From the IMG/VR virus record IMGVR_UViG_3300020044_002572, positions 1-33,028 of that record: DNA of 33,028 nucleotides; one strand, 5' to 3'. The notes under the pieces are model-generated. The model had not been told where the DNA came from and did not search any database. It saw nothing but the letters and a program-made list of their open reading frames with translations. This DNA is from a virus. Lineage: Duplodnaviria > Caudoviricetes. The position numbers were made by a program, and so were the translations under genes. Below are positions 1 to 8,814 of this stretch, piece by piece (the stretch's first letter is position 1; the number at the start of each line of letters is the position of its first letter).

Positions 1-121
1 GCTGCCGAACCTGCGCCCACAGCACCCCTGAGACTGACGGAGAGGCCCGCTGGTCGTGTGCACAGGCTAAACCTGATATGGACGTAGCCGCCCAGCGTGC
101 CGGCTGCGGAGAGCACCGCCA
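1..121. repeat. Left copy of 121-bp exact direct terminal repeat (circular-assembly overlap)
   Basis: 1-121 is identical to 32908-33028 (gctgccgaac...gagcaccgcca); an ORF crosses the junction in frame. Confidence 0.95.
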
Positions 122-419
122 TATTCCGACATTGCTCGGCCGGTTTGCGGAATTGATGGATGCGACCAGCAATAACTTGCTGACCTACCGCAACAAGATC
201 ACCGGCGCCGAGTTTGCCCAGCCGGTTTACACCAGCCAGGACATAACCAACCTGGCCGACAAGTCACTGCTGGGTGATTTTGCCCTGACCAGCATCAAGA
301 CGGAATTTGACTGCGACATTACTACAGCGCAGCCGATTGACCACTTTGCGGATCTGGTCGACGATCTGCCGTGGGAAAAGGCCGACAAACCGACAAAAGC
401 CAAAAAGGTGACGAAATGA
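1..419 (+). CDS. 3' part of PD-(D/E)XK Cas4-like exonuclease (continues from 32199 across the circular junction; 375 aa in total)
   Basis: Frame of ORF 78..419 is continuous with the ORF starting at 32199 once the 121-bp overlap is collapsed; stop TGA 417-419. Confidence 0.85.
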   Translation, partial: CRTCAHSTPETDGEARWSCAQAKPDMDVAAQRAGCGEHRHIPTLLGRFAELMDATSNNLLTYRNKITGAEFAQPVYTSQDITNLADKSLLGDFALTSIKTEFDCDITTAQPIDHFADLVDDLPWEKADKPTKAKKVTK

Positions 420-679
420 GCAGCAACGCATTTGATGAGCTTGAGCGCGAATTTAGCCAGGATCTCGATCGCTGGGAAACAGCCCGCGAGCAGCGCCAGA
501 AACGCCAGATCGTTATTTTGCCTTGCCCGTTTTGCAACAACGACGACGTGGTGGTCGACGAAGTTAAGCCAAACGTGATCGCAATTACGTGCGAGGAATG
601 CCAGATGATCGGACCGCACCACGATACGGACCAGCCCCTTGAGGTTGCCATCCAACGTTGGAACGAGAGGAAATCATGA
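416..679 (+). CDS. Lar-family (restriction alleviation) Zn-ribbon protein
   Basis: LPCPFC...CEEC...AIQRWNER matches the Lar pattern (PCPFC..CxxC..AI..WN.R); ATG 416 overlaps upstream stop (ATGA). Confidence 0.7.
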   Translation: MSSNAFDELEREFSQDLDRWETAREQRQKRQIVILPCPFCNNDDVVVDEVKPNVIAITCEECQMIGPHHDTDQPLEVAIQRWNERKS

Positions 680-846
680 ACGACAAACTGGAAGCTGCCA
701 TTGCCTACCTGCGCGAGCGCAAGATCTACATTATCGAATACCCGTTTATCCCGACTAATGTGGCAAAAACCGATGTGGGCGCTACGATCCGGCGTTACCG
801 CCAGCAGGTGCAAGGCGTGCCTGCCATCAAGCAGGTGCAAAAATGA
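676..846 (+). CDS. Hypothetical protein (56 aa, MNDKLEAAIAYL...)
   Basis: GAGG RBS, ATGA overlaps at both ends. Confidence 0.7.
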   Translation: MNDKLEAAIAYLRERKIYIIEYPFIPTNVAKTDVGATIRRYRQQVQGVPAIKQVQK

Positions 847-998
847 TCGCCCCGGTGTGCCAGTCCTGCCGACGGGAGGCAGGCTACAAACTGGTCAAGA
901 TCACAAAAGGCACGCGCAGGATATGGAAGTGCAAGTCGTGCCTTGACCGCAAAAGCGTGTCTTTTTTAGCCGTAAAAGATCGGAGGATTTATGGGTAA
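843..998 (+). CDS. Small Zn-ribbon protein (51 aa, MIAPVCQSC...WKCKSC...), missing from ORF track
   Basis: Translated by hand; two CxxC pairs; ATGA overlap with the upstream gene. Confidence 0.7.
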   Translation: MIAPVCQSCRREAGYKLVKITKGTRRIWKCKSCLDRKSVSFLAVKDRRIYG

Positions 999-1107
999 CT
1001 GGAATGATTACGACGAAGGGTATTCAGAGGGTTTTGCCGACTGCGGCCGGATTGGCCTGGTTGTTGTCGTGTTGGTCATTATCTGCACAGTGCTGGTGAT
1101 GCGATGA
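991..1107 (+). CDS. Small single-pass membrane protein (38 aa, MGNWNDYDEGYSEGFADCGRIGLVVVVLVIICTVLVMR)
   Basis: GGAGG RBS upstream of ATG 991; hydrophobic C-terminus; stop overlaps next ATG. Confidence 0.65.
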   Translation: MGNWNDYDEGYSEGFADCGRIGLVVVVLVIICTVLVMR

Positions 1108-1316
1108 GCGAAATAACCGACGTAAGCGCGGCCTACGACAAACAGTTTAAGCGAGTGAGCGACACAGAAACATTGTTAAGAGACTATTACGACAAAGCAT
1201 ACGCCGCAGGGGTAGCCGCCGAGCGTGAACGGTGCGCGAAGATCGTTGAGCAATACACCGGCGCATGGGATGACAAGGGTTTCGCGCTGGCAGCAAAAAT
1301 TAGAAAGGGTGAATGA
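1104..1316 (+). CDS. Hypothetical phage early protein (AERERCAKI motif)
   Basis: Coupled ORF; AERERCA...AAKIR is a recurrent phage early-gene motif. Confidence 0.7.
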   Translation: MSEITDVSAAYDKQFKRVSDTETLLRDYYDKAYAAGVAAERERCAKIVEQYTGAWDDKGFALAAKIRKGE

Positions 1317-1705
1317 TGAAAACAGAAGCACAACGAATCGCCATCGCCGAGGCGTGCGGAATAACCGTAATCAAAACGCCATTCACTCCATCACTGGTGA
1401 AAGCGAAAGGATGCGTTTTCACCGATGAGGCTAGAGACGAATGGCGCAAAGCCTACCCAAACTCGGCTGGAGTTTATGGACTGCCCGACTACCTCAACGA
1501 CCTCAACGCCATGCACGAAGCGGAGAAAGTGCTCTCGCCGGCCAACCAGCCAGCTAGGGGCGAGTCACAGTGGAGTGAGTATCTTGGCTGGCTCGGATTT
1601 TGCGGCGAAAACAAGACGCGGGAAGTTTACGGGTGCGTAACAGCCACCGCCGCACAACGCGCAGAAGCGTTTTTACGAACAATTGGAAAATGGGAGGGTG
1701 AATGA
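1313..1705 (+). CDS. Hypothetical phage protein (PDYLNDLNAMHEAE...ATAAQRAEAFL)
   Basis: Coupled ORF with ATGA overlaps; motif familiar from phage early hypotheticals. Confidence 0.7.
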   Translation: MMKTEAQRIAIAEACGITVIKTPFTPSLVKAKGCVFTDEARDEWRKAYPNSAGVYGLPDYLNDLNAMHEAEKVLSPANQPARGESQWSEYLGWLGFCGENKTREVYGCVTATAAQRAEAFLRTIGKWEGE

Positions 1706-1896
1706 TGACTGATGACGAACTTTTCGATGGAAGCAACGCCCACCTTTTAACCCATGTCGTACCCGCCAACGATCTACGCGAACACGTCACTGACGGGAAG
1801 TGCTGGTGCAATCCAGAAGTCGATGATGATTTGATTGTAATACATCACAGTATGGACGAGCGCGAAACTTATGAAGAAGGCAGGAAGCCGCAATGA
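1702..1896 (+). CDS. Hypothetical acidic protein with H/CxC/HH putative metal ligands
   Basis: HVVPANDLREH..CWCNP..IHHSMD; GGAGG RBS; ATGA overlap. Confidence 0.7.
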   Translation: MMTDDELFDGSNAHLLTHVVPANDLREHVTDGKCWCNPEVDDDLIVIHHSMDERETYEEGRKPQ

Positions 1897-1933
1897 CTAA
1901 CAAAGAAACGCAATACATTTGTAAGGAAAAGAA

Positions 1934-2212
1934 ATGAGCGACAAACTGAGAGCCGCCGCGAAAACGGCAACGGTTAAGAATTACTTAACAGTTGCGGAGC
2001 CGGAACCCGTGGGTAAGTTTTCTAAATTTTCAGATGTATGGAAAGAGGTAACAGCAAGTTCGCCGGGGCAATTACTTTACGCCGCCCCGCCGCGCAGGGA
2101 GTGGGTGTCACTGACGGATGAGGAAATCAGCGCGGTTGATTGGAAACGAAACGAAACATTGCATGACTATTCCAGATCCATAGAAGCCAAGTTGCGGGAG
2201 AAAAACACTTAG
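1934..2212 (+). CDS. Hypothetical phage protein (LYAAPP-REWVSLTDEEI...IEAKLREKN type)
   Basis: AAGGA RBS; C-terminal motif common in proteobacterial phage early genes. Confidence 0.7.
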   Translation: MSDKLRAAAKTATVKNYLTVAEPEPVGKFSKFSDVWKEVTASSPGQLLYAAPPRREWVSLTDEEISAVDWKRNETLHDYSRSIEAKLREKNT

Positions 2213-2721
2213 CCCATCATCCCCTCTGCCGCATCTTGAACGTGTGCTACCCGATTAAGCCAGCCCTTGCCGAACACGCCAAACGTCGGCAGGGATTGGT
2301 AAAACGCTTCTTTGCCCAGGCTAAACGCCTCCAACAGCTCAACGGGATCGGCAGCGGTCGCAGCAGCGATTGTGGCCCTGCCGATACTGCCATCAGCTTT
2401 TACCTCTAGCGCCGTTTGTAGCAGCTTTGCTGCGCGTCCTGGCCCCATGTTTACCGCAGCGTCAAACACCGCATAATCCACACCACGCGGCAGATCGTCG
2501 CACTTGCAGGCATCCCAATAGCGTTGCTTGTAAAGCGGCGTCACCAGCTCGGGCGTCAATGCTCGCATCTCGGCCTCGTCCACCTCGCGGTTAACCCACT
2601 CCCGCCAGACATTTCGGGTTACGCCAAGGTTTGTCATGCCACCTGGATCGCGTGGATGGTTAACAAATCCACCTTCTGCCTTGAGAACCAGCGCTAGTGA
2701 CGCCGGAAAATTACTTAGCAT
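2209..2721 (-). CDS. Endolysin, glycoside hydrolase family 108 with C-terminal PG-binding domain
   Basis: EGGFVNHPRDPGGMTNLGVT catalytic motif; C-terminal FGKGWLNR; likely start ATG 2721 rather than the 2763 called. Confidence 0.9.
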   Translation of the reverse strand: MLSNFPASLALVLKAEGGFVNHPRDPGGMTNLGVTRNVWREWVNREVDEAEMRALTPELVTPLYKQRYWDACKCDDLPRGVDYAVFDAAVNMGPGRAAKLLQTALEVKADGSIGRATIAAATAADPVELLEAFSLGKEAFYQSLPTFGVFGKGWLNRVAHVQDAAEGMMG

Positions 2722-2878
2722 TTTCAGGTCGCACCACGCCACCAATACCCAGAGCAGCGGCAATACCTTGCGCCAACAATTGATACTGCGGCGGCACCAT
2801 CGGCATCAAAACCATCGCAATAACGCCCAAACCGGCCATCGTTGATGCTTCACCAAAACGCGCTTTTAACCAACCCAT
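2711..2878 (-). CDS. Putative holin (55 aa, two hydrophobic segments)
   Basis: AAGGAG RBS before ATG 2878; MGWLKARFGEASTMAGLGVIAMVLMPM...IAAALGIGGVV; directly upstream of endolysin. Confidence 0.6.
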   Translation of the reverse strand: MGWLKARFGEASTMAGLGVIAMVLMPMVPPQYQLLAQGIAAALGIGGVVRPENAK

Positions 2879-2888
2879 GATGTTCTCC

Positions 2889-3110
2889 TTATTTATCGGC
2901 TTTGTGGTCGAGCTTGCAAAAAATCTTGTCCAGCATTTCTTTGATTTCGGAAATATCGCGTCGATAATCTTCTTTTGCCAAATACTTTTCGGGCATTTTA
3001 CGCATGTCCTCGTCCAGGCGGTCAAGCGACTGCATAATGCGGTTCAACACCCAAGCCCCAAAAAAACCGCCTACAGCCAGCCCTGCGTTGATCAACGCCT
3101 GTGCCTCCAT
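2889..3110 (-). CDS. Lysis-cassette membrane protein (N-terminal TM + coiled coil)
   Basis: GGGAG RBS 7 nt before ATG 3110 (alternative ATG 3116); hydrophobic N-terminus, charged helical tail ending KLDHKADK. Confidence 0.65.
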   Translation of the reverse strand: MEAQALINAGLAVGGFFGAWVLNRIMQSLDRLDEDMRKMPEKYLAKEDYRRDISEIKEMLDKIFCKLDHKADK

Positions 3111-3223
3111 ACTCATACTCCCGAGGTAATCCAAAAGCATAATCATATCCGATTGGGATTAAGGTTTCTTAACATTTTATTGTTTTGAAGTCAGGCGAAC
3201 GTCGAGTTCGGTAGAAGTTTCCA

Positions 3224-5632
3224 TTATTTGCCGATGTCCTTAAGTTTTGTTTTTGAACCAGCACCGAGTTCAAGTGATTGTTGAACTTCTTTTTCAGATT
3301 TAATTTTTTTAATATGTTCCCTTGCAATACTGCCAACCGGAATTCCATATTTACCACCAAATGCTAGATTTAAACCTGCTTCAGTCAATCCTGCTGCTCG
3401 GTCAGCTAATGCACCAACAAGCGTGTTTGAATTATTGACAAATGCACCACGCGGTTGCGCTTGCGTATATCTGGCAACATTGCCAAGTGTTTTTAATTGG
3501 CTTGCAGATTCAGGCGTAAATATTTCATTTAAATTTTTTACATCATCTAAATGCTTTAATGCTTTGTTGTATGCAGCTTGGCTGAAATTTCCTGTTTCGT
3601 CAACAATGCCTGCTTTTGTTTTTAACCAGTTTACCGTTCCAGCTGCCATGTTTTGATGAGCTTCAGAGTTCTTTCCCAAATGATCAACCATTGTTTTTAT
3701 GTTTTTGTTGACTCCATTAACAACAAATTTATCAATGAATTTATCGGCAGGAACAGTATCATTAACCGCTGCTTTATAAGCAGGATCTTTTTTCAACATA
3801 TCAAAACGTTGTTTAGCCAATGATCTGGCACTATCAGCAATAGACTTGAGATTCTTTGCAACAGAGGCTTGCAGTGGTAATTCTTCAGCTGCCTGGCGAA
3901 CAATGCTTAAAGCCATTTCAGCATTGCCATCTGCGGCACGTTCGGCTTTTCTCATTTCTGCTGCCAAATTGGTTCTGAGTGCTTCAAACTGTTCAAACGT
4001 CATTTGTTCGCCAGCTTTAAAACGTTCCAGTTGTGAACGAATTGAAGAAGGCAAAAACTCTGTTTTTAGTTTTTTGGCAAGTAAATTATCAGCATTGTTT
4101 GCAAGCGTTTTGCCATCAACAGGAAATTGACCGCCGTTGGCATCTTCCAGTTTTTTATACGCTGATCGAATGGCGGTGCTTTTGCTTTGATCTAATGCTT
4201 TATAAGCATCAATTACAGATTGACTGTTTTCAATTGTTTTTGTGCCATATACATCAGGTGCGGCCCGTTCTCGAATCGCACTAATATTTTCAACCAACTG
4301 GTTGTTTTGTTCGTTAAATCGCTGGGCAAGCGCAGGTTCTTGACCGCGCCTATTTTGTTCGTTTGACAATTTCACAATATCACCAGTGGCCTGACCTTCT
4401 GTCAGTCTAACCGGAACAGGCAAACTGTCGGCTTCGATGTGGCGTTGCAGGATAGGCAAATTGGTTTTTGTGACCGGAATATCTTTTAAAGCTAATTGCA
4501 GTTCTGGGCTTGATCCAGTCAAAGCCTGATAAATGATCGTTTCATTTGGAGTTACCGCAGCACCCGCGCTTACCTTACCCATCTCTGGTGCGGCAACAGT
4601 AACAGGCGCCGGAGGCATCCCCTGCGCCGCTGCACGCTGTGCATTTAGCGTGTTTTGCAATTCTTGATAGGTTTGCCTACCCGCAATTGCAGGCGCAACT
4701 GGCGCCGCCTCTGGTGCCGCTGCCATAGGTTGTGCACCCGCTTCGGCAGCGCGGCGTGCTTCTGCCTGTCGTCTAACGATCGTTGGAATGTCTGTGGCAA
4801 CGACTTCTGCAGCAGGTGCCATTTCACGCACTACGCCAGAAATTGCGGGAGGTTTACCACCGCGCAAGCCCAAAAGACCCGGCGCCGCCTGCAATGCGCC
4901 TTTAGTAACCGCGCCAGCTGCCGGACCGTATAGTTCTGCAACGCCGCTGCCAATTGCTTCTGTTGGTTTCTCAATTAAGTTTTCAAGAACCGTTCCCACG
5001 CCCTCCATAACCTTTTTGCCGCCTTCAGAGGTCGGCTGATAAATCATTGCATCTTGCACATTTTTAACCCAGCGTGCACCCTGTCCTGCCTCCCCTGGCA
5101 GCAAAGATCCAACAATCCCCGCAAGCCCAGAGATCGGCGCGACCAATGCGCCAGACGCTAAAGCAACCGGCACTTCATATCGAGATGGCAAATTGCGTTC
5201 AGCAACAGCCGCAACATTGCTTTTCTGTTTTTCTGGCGTAGTCGGCGCCACTGTTGGCGCAGGCACTTTTGCAGTAGTGCCAGACAAATATTGCTCAAGT
5301 TCATCTTGAGGCGCCCCCGATGGCGCTGCCATTGGTGCAGGTAATGCCGCCGCTGCCGCAGATGGTTTACCAACAGGTGCAGACGTTTTGCCGCCCATCT
5401 CGCGGTTTAAACTGTCAATATTGGATTGCGCCAGTTGACGAGCTTCCGGCGTTGTGGCGCTGGCAAGTGCCGCTTGATTTTGTGCCAGTTCTTGCCCAAG
5501 TATCTTTTGCCGATAAGAATCACGGCCACGTTGCACTTCTGGTGTAACGACAGGAAAGCCAGCCGCCCGCACAGGTGCAGGCGCTGCTGGCTGCGTTTTG
5601 CTGCTTGAAAGGTATTCTTCCAAAGCATCCAT
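3224..5632 (-). CDS. Large DNA ejection (internal virion) protein, P22 gp16 position
   Basis: 802 aa, Ala/Pro-rich N-terminus and helical C-terminus; third of three genes of increasing size after the tail module (synteny). Confidence 0.65.
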   Translation of the reverse strand: MDALEEYLSSSKTQPAAPAPVRAAGFPVVTPEVQRGRDSYRQKILGQELAQNQAALASATTPEARQLAQSNIDSLNREMGGKTSAPVGKPSAAAAALPAPMAAPSGAPQDELEQYLSGTTAKVPAPTVAPTTPEKQKSNVAAVAERNLPSRYEVPVALASGALVAPISGLAGIVGSLLPGEAGQGARWVKNVQDAMIYQPTSEGGKKVMEGVGTVLENLIEKPTEAIGSGVAELYGPAAGAVTKGALQAAPGLLGLRGGKPPAISGVVREMAPAAEVVATDIPTIVRRQAEARRAAEAGAQPMAAAPEAAPVAPAIAGRQTYQELQNTLNAQRAAAQGMPPAPVTVAAPEMGKVSAGAAVTPNETIIYQALTGSSPELQLALKDIPVTKTNLPILQRHIEADSLPVPVRLTEGQATGDIVKLSNEQNRRGQEPALAQRFNEQNNQLVENISAIRERAAPDVYGTKTIENSQSVIDAYKALDQSKSTAIRSAYKKLEDANGGQFPVDGKTLANNADNLLAKKLKTEFLPSSIRSQLERFKAGEQMTFEQFEALRTNLAAEMRKAERAADGNAEMALSIVRQAAEELPLQASVAKNLKSIADSARSLAKQRFDMLKKDPAYKAAVNDTVPADKFIDKFVVNGVNKNIKTMVDHLGKNSEAHQNMAAGTVNWLKTKAGIVDETGNFSQAAYNKALKHLDDVKNLNEIFTPESASQLKTLGNVARYTQAQPRGAFVNNSNTLVGALADRAAGLTEAGLNLAFGGKYGIPVGSIAREHIKKIKSEKEVQQSLELGAGSKTKLKDIGK

Positions 5633-7090
5633 TTATAGACTTCCCGTTTCGGTTAGTTTTTTAATGTTTTGATACTTTTTCAAATAAATCTGGCGTTCTG
5701 CTGGATCTTTGGGCAAAAGCATATCTAATGCTTTTTTACGATCTGCAGGATCTTTGACCTGATCAACAATATTGATAGCCTCAAAAATCTTGCTGTCGGC
5801 GTTTTTACTCCACATCTGTTTAAATGATTTTAAGTTGTTATCACCAAATTTAGCAGAGAATTTCTGAGCAGCAGTGGCTTGCATATCAATATTGGTCAGA
5901 TCAGATCCGGCACGCCTTGCGATATTGATCAAAACACTTGGCGGGTAAGTTTCATCGCCGCTGGCCATTTTTGTCAGCTGCTGGCCGGCAACCGTATCCA
6001 AAGAGCCGCCCATTGCCTGAATGTTGCTGATTTGGACGTTTGCCAAGTCTTTGCTCAATTGCTTGTATGTCGGATCACCTGCCCAGCCTGCAACAGTCCG
6101 ACGAACACCGCCCAAAATGCCAGTGGTCGGCATTGCTGATTTTTCAAGTTCTGTGGCAATATCAATCACTTCTTGCAAATTCCTGCGTGATGCTGGCAAA
6201 CTTTGTTGCTGCGTAATCAACCGATCACGATAGGCTTGACCAGATTGCAGATCCACTGGTTCAGACGGTGATGGCGCATACGGTTGACCAGGCGCACGCA
6301 CCGGATACTGCAACGGCACCGGCCGACTAAGTTCATCAACAGGAGGTTGTGACATTTGTTGCGGAGTAACCGCTTGAGGTTGCACGACTGGTGCCCCTGG
6401 TTGCGCTGGAGGTTCGGAAACAATAGGTGCTGCACGCAATGCGCCTGTCGTTGCATCTCGTATCATCGGAGGCTGACCAGCACCACCAGCAACCGCTTGC
6501 GGCAAACTCAATCCGCGTTGTTCGCTTGCCGTCATCCCGCGCTGGATCATATTCTGGAAATACGGATTAAAACTGTTTGGATCTTGCAACGCTTTTGCCA
6601 TCCCCGGCGCAGTCAACGCAAACAGTTTTTTCTCTGGTATTCCAGCGTTCTTTGCTTCTGCTGATATTTCGTGCATAACGTCAGCCGGTCCGGTCGGATT
6701 GATTTGGATGTTTTCCGGTTTCAATCGAGGATCATTAGCAAAGCCGCCAAGTATTTTGGCATAGGTTGCGTGCTGTTCTTCATCCAGACCATATTGCGCT
6801 TTTAAAGCAGCAATTCTGGCAGTTTCAGCCTGACTCGTTGACGCAGAGATCCTCGGCGCTTGCGTCTGTTCTGCAACATTTGCTTCTGCCGTTGCACGTT
6901 TGATTTCCTGGGGCATCAGACCCTGTATGCGCTGCAGCTCGGCCTGCGCCTGCTGCACTTGCAACGGGTTGACCTGCTGCGCCTGCTGGTAGGCTTGAGC
7001 GCCACGAGCCACGCCAATCATGTCGGCCAGCGAGGTTTGCGGCACTGGTCGAATGCCAGCCGCTGCGGGAGTAAATGAGAAGTCAGCCAT
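5633..7090 (-). CDS. DNA ejection protein, P22 gp20 position
   Basis: 485 aa, Gln/Ala-rich helical; synteny. Confidence 0.6.
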   Translation of the reverse strand: MADFSFTPAAAGIRPVPQTSLADMIGVARGAQAYQQAQQVNPLQVQQAQAELQRIQGLMPQEIKRATAEANVAEQTQAPRISASTSQAETARIAALKAQYGLDEEQHATYAKILGGFANDPRLKPENIQINPTGPADVMHEISAEAKNAGIPEKKLFALTAPGMAKALQDPNSFNPYFQNMIQRGMTASEQRGLSLPQAVAGGAGQPPMIRDATTGALRAAPIVSEPPAQPGAPVVQPQAVTPQQMSQPPVDELSRPVPLQYPVRAPGQPYAPSPSEPVDLQSGQAYRDRLITQQQSLPASRRNLQEVIDIATELEKSAMPTTGILGGVRRTVAGWAGDPTYKQLSKDLANVQISNIQAMGGSLDTVAGQQLTKMASGDETYPPSVLINIARRAGSDLTNIDMQATAAQKFSAKFGDNNLKSFKQMWSKNADSKIFEAINIVDQVKDPADRKKALDMLLPKDPAERQIYLKKYQNIKKLTETGSL

Positions 7091-7099
7091 TTTGAATTC

Positions 7100-7945
7100 C
7101 TAATCAAGCAAGAAAGTTTGACCCATTTGGCCACCATAATTGGCAGTTCCAGCGCCACTACCATACAACGGGCTTTGACTGCCCATAATGCTAGAGCCGC
7201 CACCAACATTGCCAAATTGATTTACATTGCCGCCGCCCCCCAAAAGGCTTGCCAAAGTGCCAGCACTGCCAAGCCCTTGCAACCCGCCAGCGTACGCATT
7301 TGCCGCCCCCACCTGACCGGCACCTATAGCACCCGCGGCGCCCACACCCAGCTGGCCCATAGCATTAACGGCGTTTGTGCCTGCAGCATTTGCCTGCGTC
7401 TGGCCAGCCTGACCGATACCAGCAATGCCGGCCAGCCGGTTGTAGATGTTGCTCTGCTGCGCTGAGAAGTTGTTAAATGCTTGCTGCGCTGCGTTTTTGG
7501 CGTAATCCTCGGCAAACTTAGTTTGCGCCAAACCAACGTTAGAGCCGCCGCCGCCGACGTTCATCGCTTGACCCGTAGCGCCTAGACCCTGCTCGCGCAT
7601 GAATTGATATGACGGATCAAGGTTTGCAATCAGATCCGCAGACGTGAACGGTTTGGTCAGGTAGCCAGTGCCGGTGATTGGCGCTGTCGGATTGCCCTGG
7701 GCATCGTATTGCATCTGCTGACCCGGCAACATGCTGCCGATCGTGTTGAGCGCACCATAGCCAACGCCGCGGTAAGGCGCCTGCTGTGCGTTGATGATGT
7801 CAAACATGGCACGTTGTTGAGCAGATGCTTGATTTGCAGCATTTGCCTGCAGCTGTGCCGATGATTGAGCAGCGTCTGCTTGGTTTTGACTGCCCATGTA
7901 CCCTAAAACTGCTGCCCCGCCGATTGCTGTGGCTATGCCTGACAT
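7100..7945 (-). CDS. DNA ejection/pilot protein, P22 gp7-like
   Basis: Gly/Ala/Gln-rich; N-terminal hydrophobic IGGAAVLG, AQLQANAA, QQAPY, DPSYQF..QG typical of gp7-like proteins. Confidence 0.7.
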   Translation of the reverse strand: MSGIATAIGGAAVLGYMGSQNQADAAQSSAQLQANAANQASAQQRAMFDIINAQQAPYRGVGYGALNTIGSMLPGQQMQYDAQGNPTAPITGTGYLTKPFTSADLIANLDPSYQFMREQGLGATGQAMNVGGGGSNVGLAQTKFAEDYAKNAAQQAFNNFSAQQSNIYNRLAGIAGIGQAGQTQANAAGTNAVNAMGQLGVGAAGAIGAGQVGAANAYAGGLQGLGSAGTLASLLGGGGNVNQFGNVGGGSSIMGSQSPLYGSGAGTANYGGQMGQTFLLD

Positions 7946-8802
7946 AAAATTTCCCTTCTTGAAATCATTTTCGTTAATTTTAAAGATTGACGATAATCAA
8001 CAAGTATTTCTGATCCAAGATCGCCACCTTTACAGCCTTCAATGGTTTTTAATGCAATCAAATTAATGTCGCCATTTGACAACCCAACCATTTCAGCATT
8101 TGGGGAAATTGAATGATTTGTGTATCTGCCGGCTTGTGTTCTTTTTCCGTTGATTCTGGCCGGACAAATCAAATCACCAGCATTAACTGTTGTTGTTAAA
8201 AACAATCCTTTTCCCTCAATTGGAGAATCAGCAATTCTAGTTATAGCATTTACAATTTTAATTTGATCATTTTCATTTTCTGATTGTTGACGCGCTACTT
8301 CATGCGGTATTCCGCTTTCTTCAAGCACTTTCAGATAATCTTGACGATCCGCTTCTTTTGATATTTTTTCAATTATTTGTTTTGTAGAATTGTCTTGATG
8401 CCAATTTTCGCTTTTTTCAATAAAAAAGTTTTCAACGTCATTAACGTCTGTTAATTCTGTTGAATAGACATTCTGCCAAACCATATCTTCTAAAATATAT
8501 CCTATTTTTCTGCCAGCTTTGCCAACAAAAATCATTGGCGCTGTTAGCATTTGCGTGTTTCCGTTGTCATCCAAAATCATGACTTTGCCGCGCAGCATGA
8601 TATTTAAATGATCAAATTTTTGTTTGTGTCCTATTGCCAAAGTTCCGGCAGGAATAGACACTTCACGCACACAAATATTAGGACCAAAGTGATGCACAAC
8701 AGAGCATTGTTCTTGCGGAAATTTAAGCATTTCTTTCTCTGCTTTTTCAATATTAAGCAAAGATTGTAGTGCTTGCTTCCCAACATTAACAATATCATTC
8801 AT
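7933..8802 (-). CDS. Cupin-like domain fused to SET domain (putative protein lysine methyltransferase)
   Basis: N-half HHFGPNICVREVSIPAGT..G.....H.NIMLRG (RmlC-cupin type); C-half SPIEGKGLF, RYTNHSISPN, SEILVDY = SET motifs. Confidence 0.8.
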   Translation of the reverse strand: MNDIVNVGKQALQSLLNIEKAEKEMLKFPQEQCSVVHHFGPNICVREVSIPAGTLAIGHKQKFDHLNIMLRGKVMILDDNGNTQMLTAPMIFVGKAGRKIGYILEDMVWQNVYSTELTDVNDVENFFIEKSENWHQDNSTKQIIEKISKEADRQDYLKVLEESGIPHEVARQQSENENDQIKIVNAITRIADSPIEGKGLFLTTTVNAGDLICPARINGKRTQAGRYTNHSISPNAEMVGLSNGDINLIALKTIEGCKGGDLGSEILVDYRQSLKLTKMISRREILCQA

Positions 8803-8814
8803 CTGTTGATTGTC

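Noticed and set aside
3060-3066. T7 slippery run (minus strand) as programmed frameshift linking to the holin frame
   Set aside because: The -1 frame stops within about 13 codons and the +1 (holin) frame has a TGA just downstream
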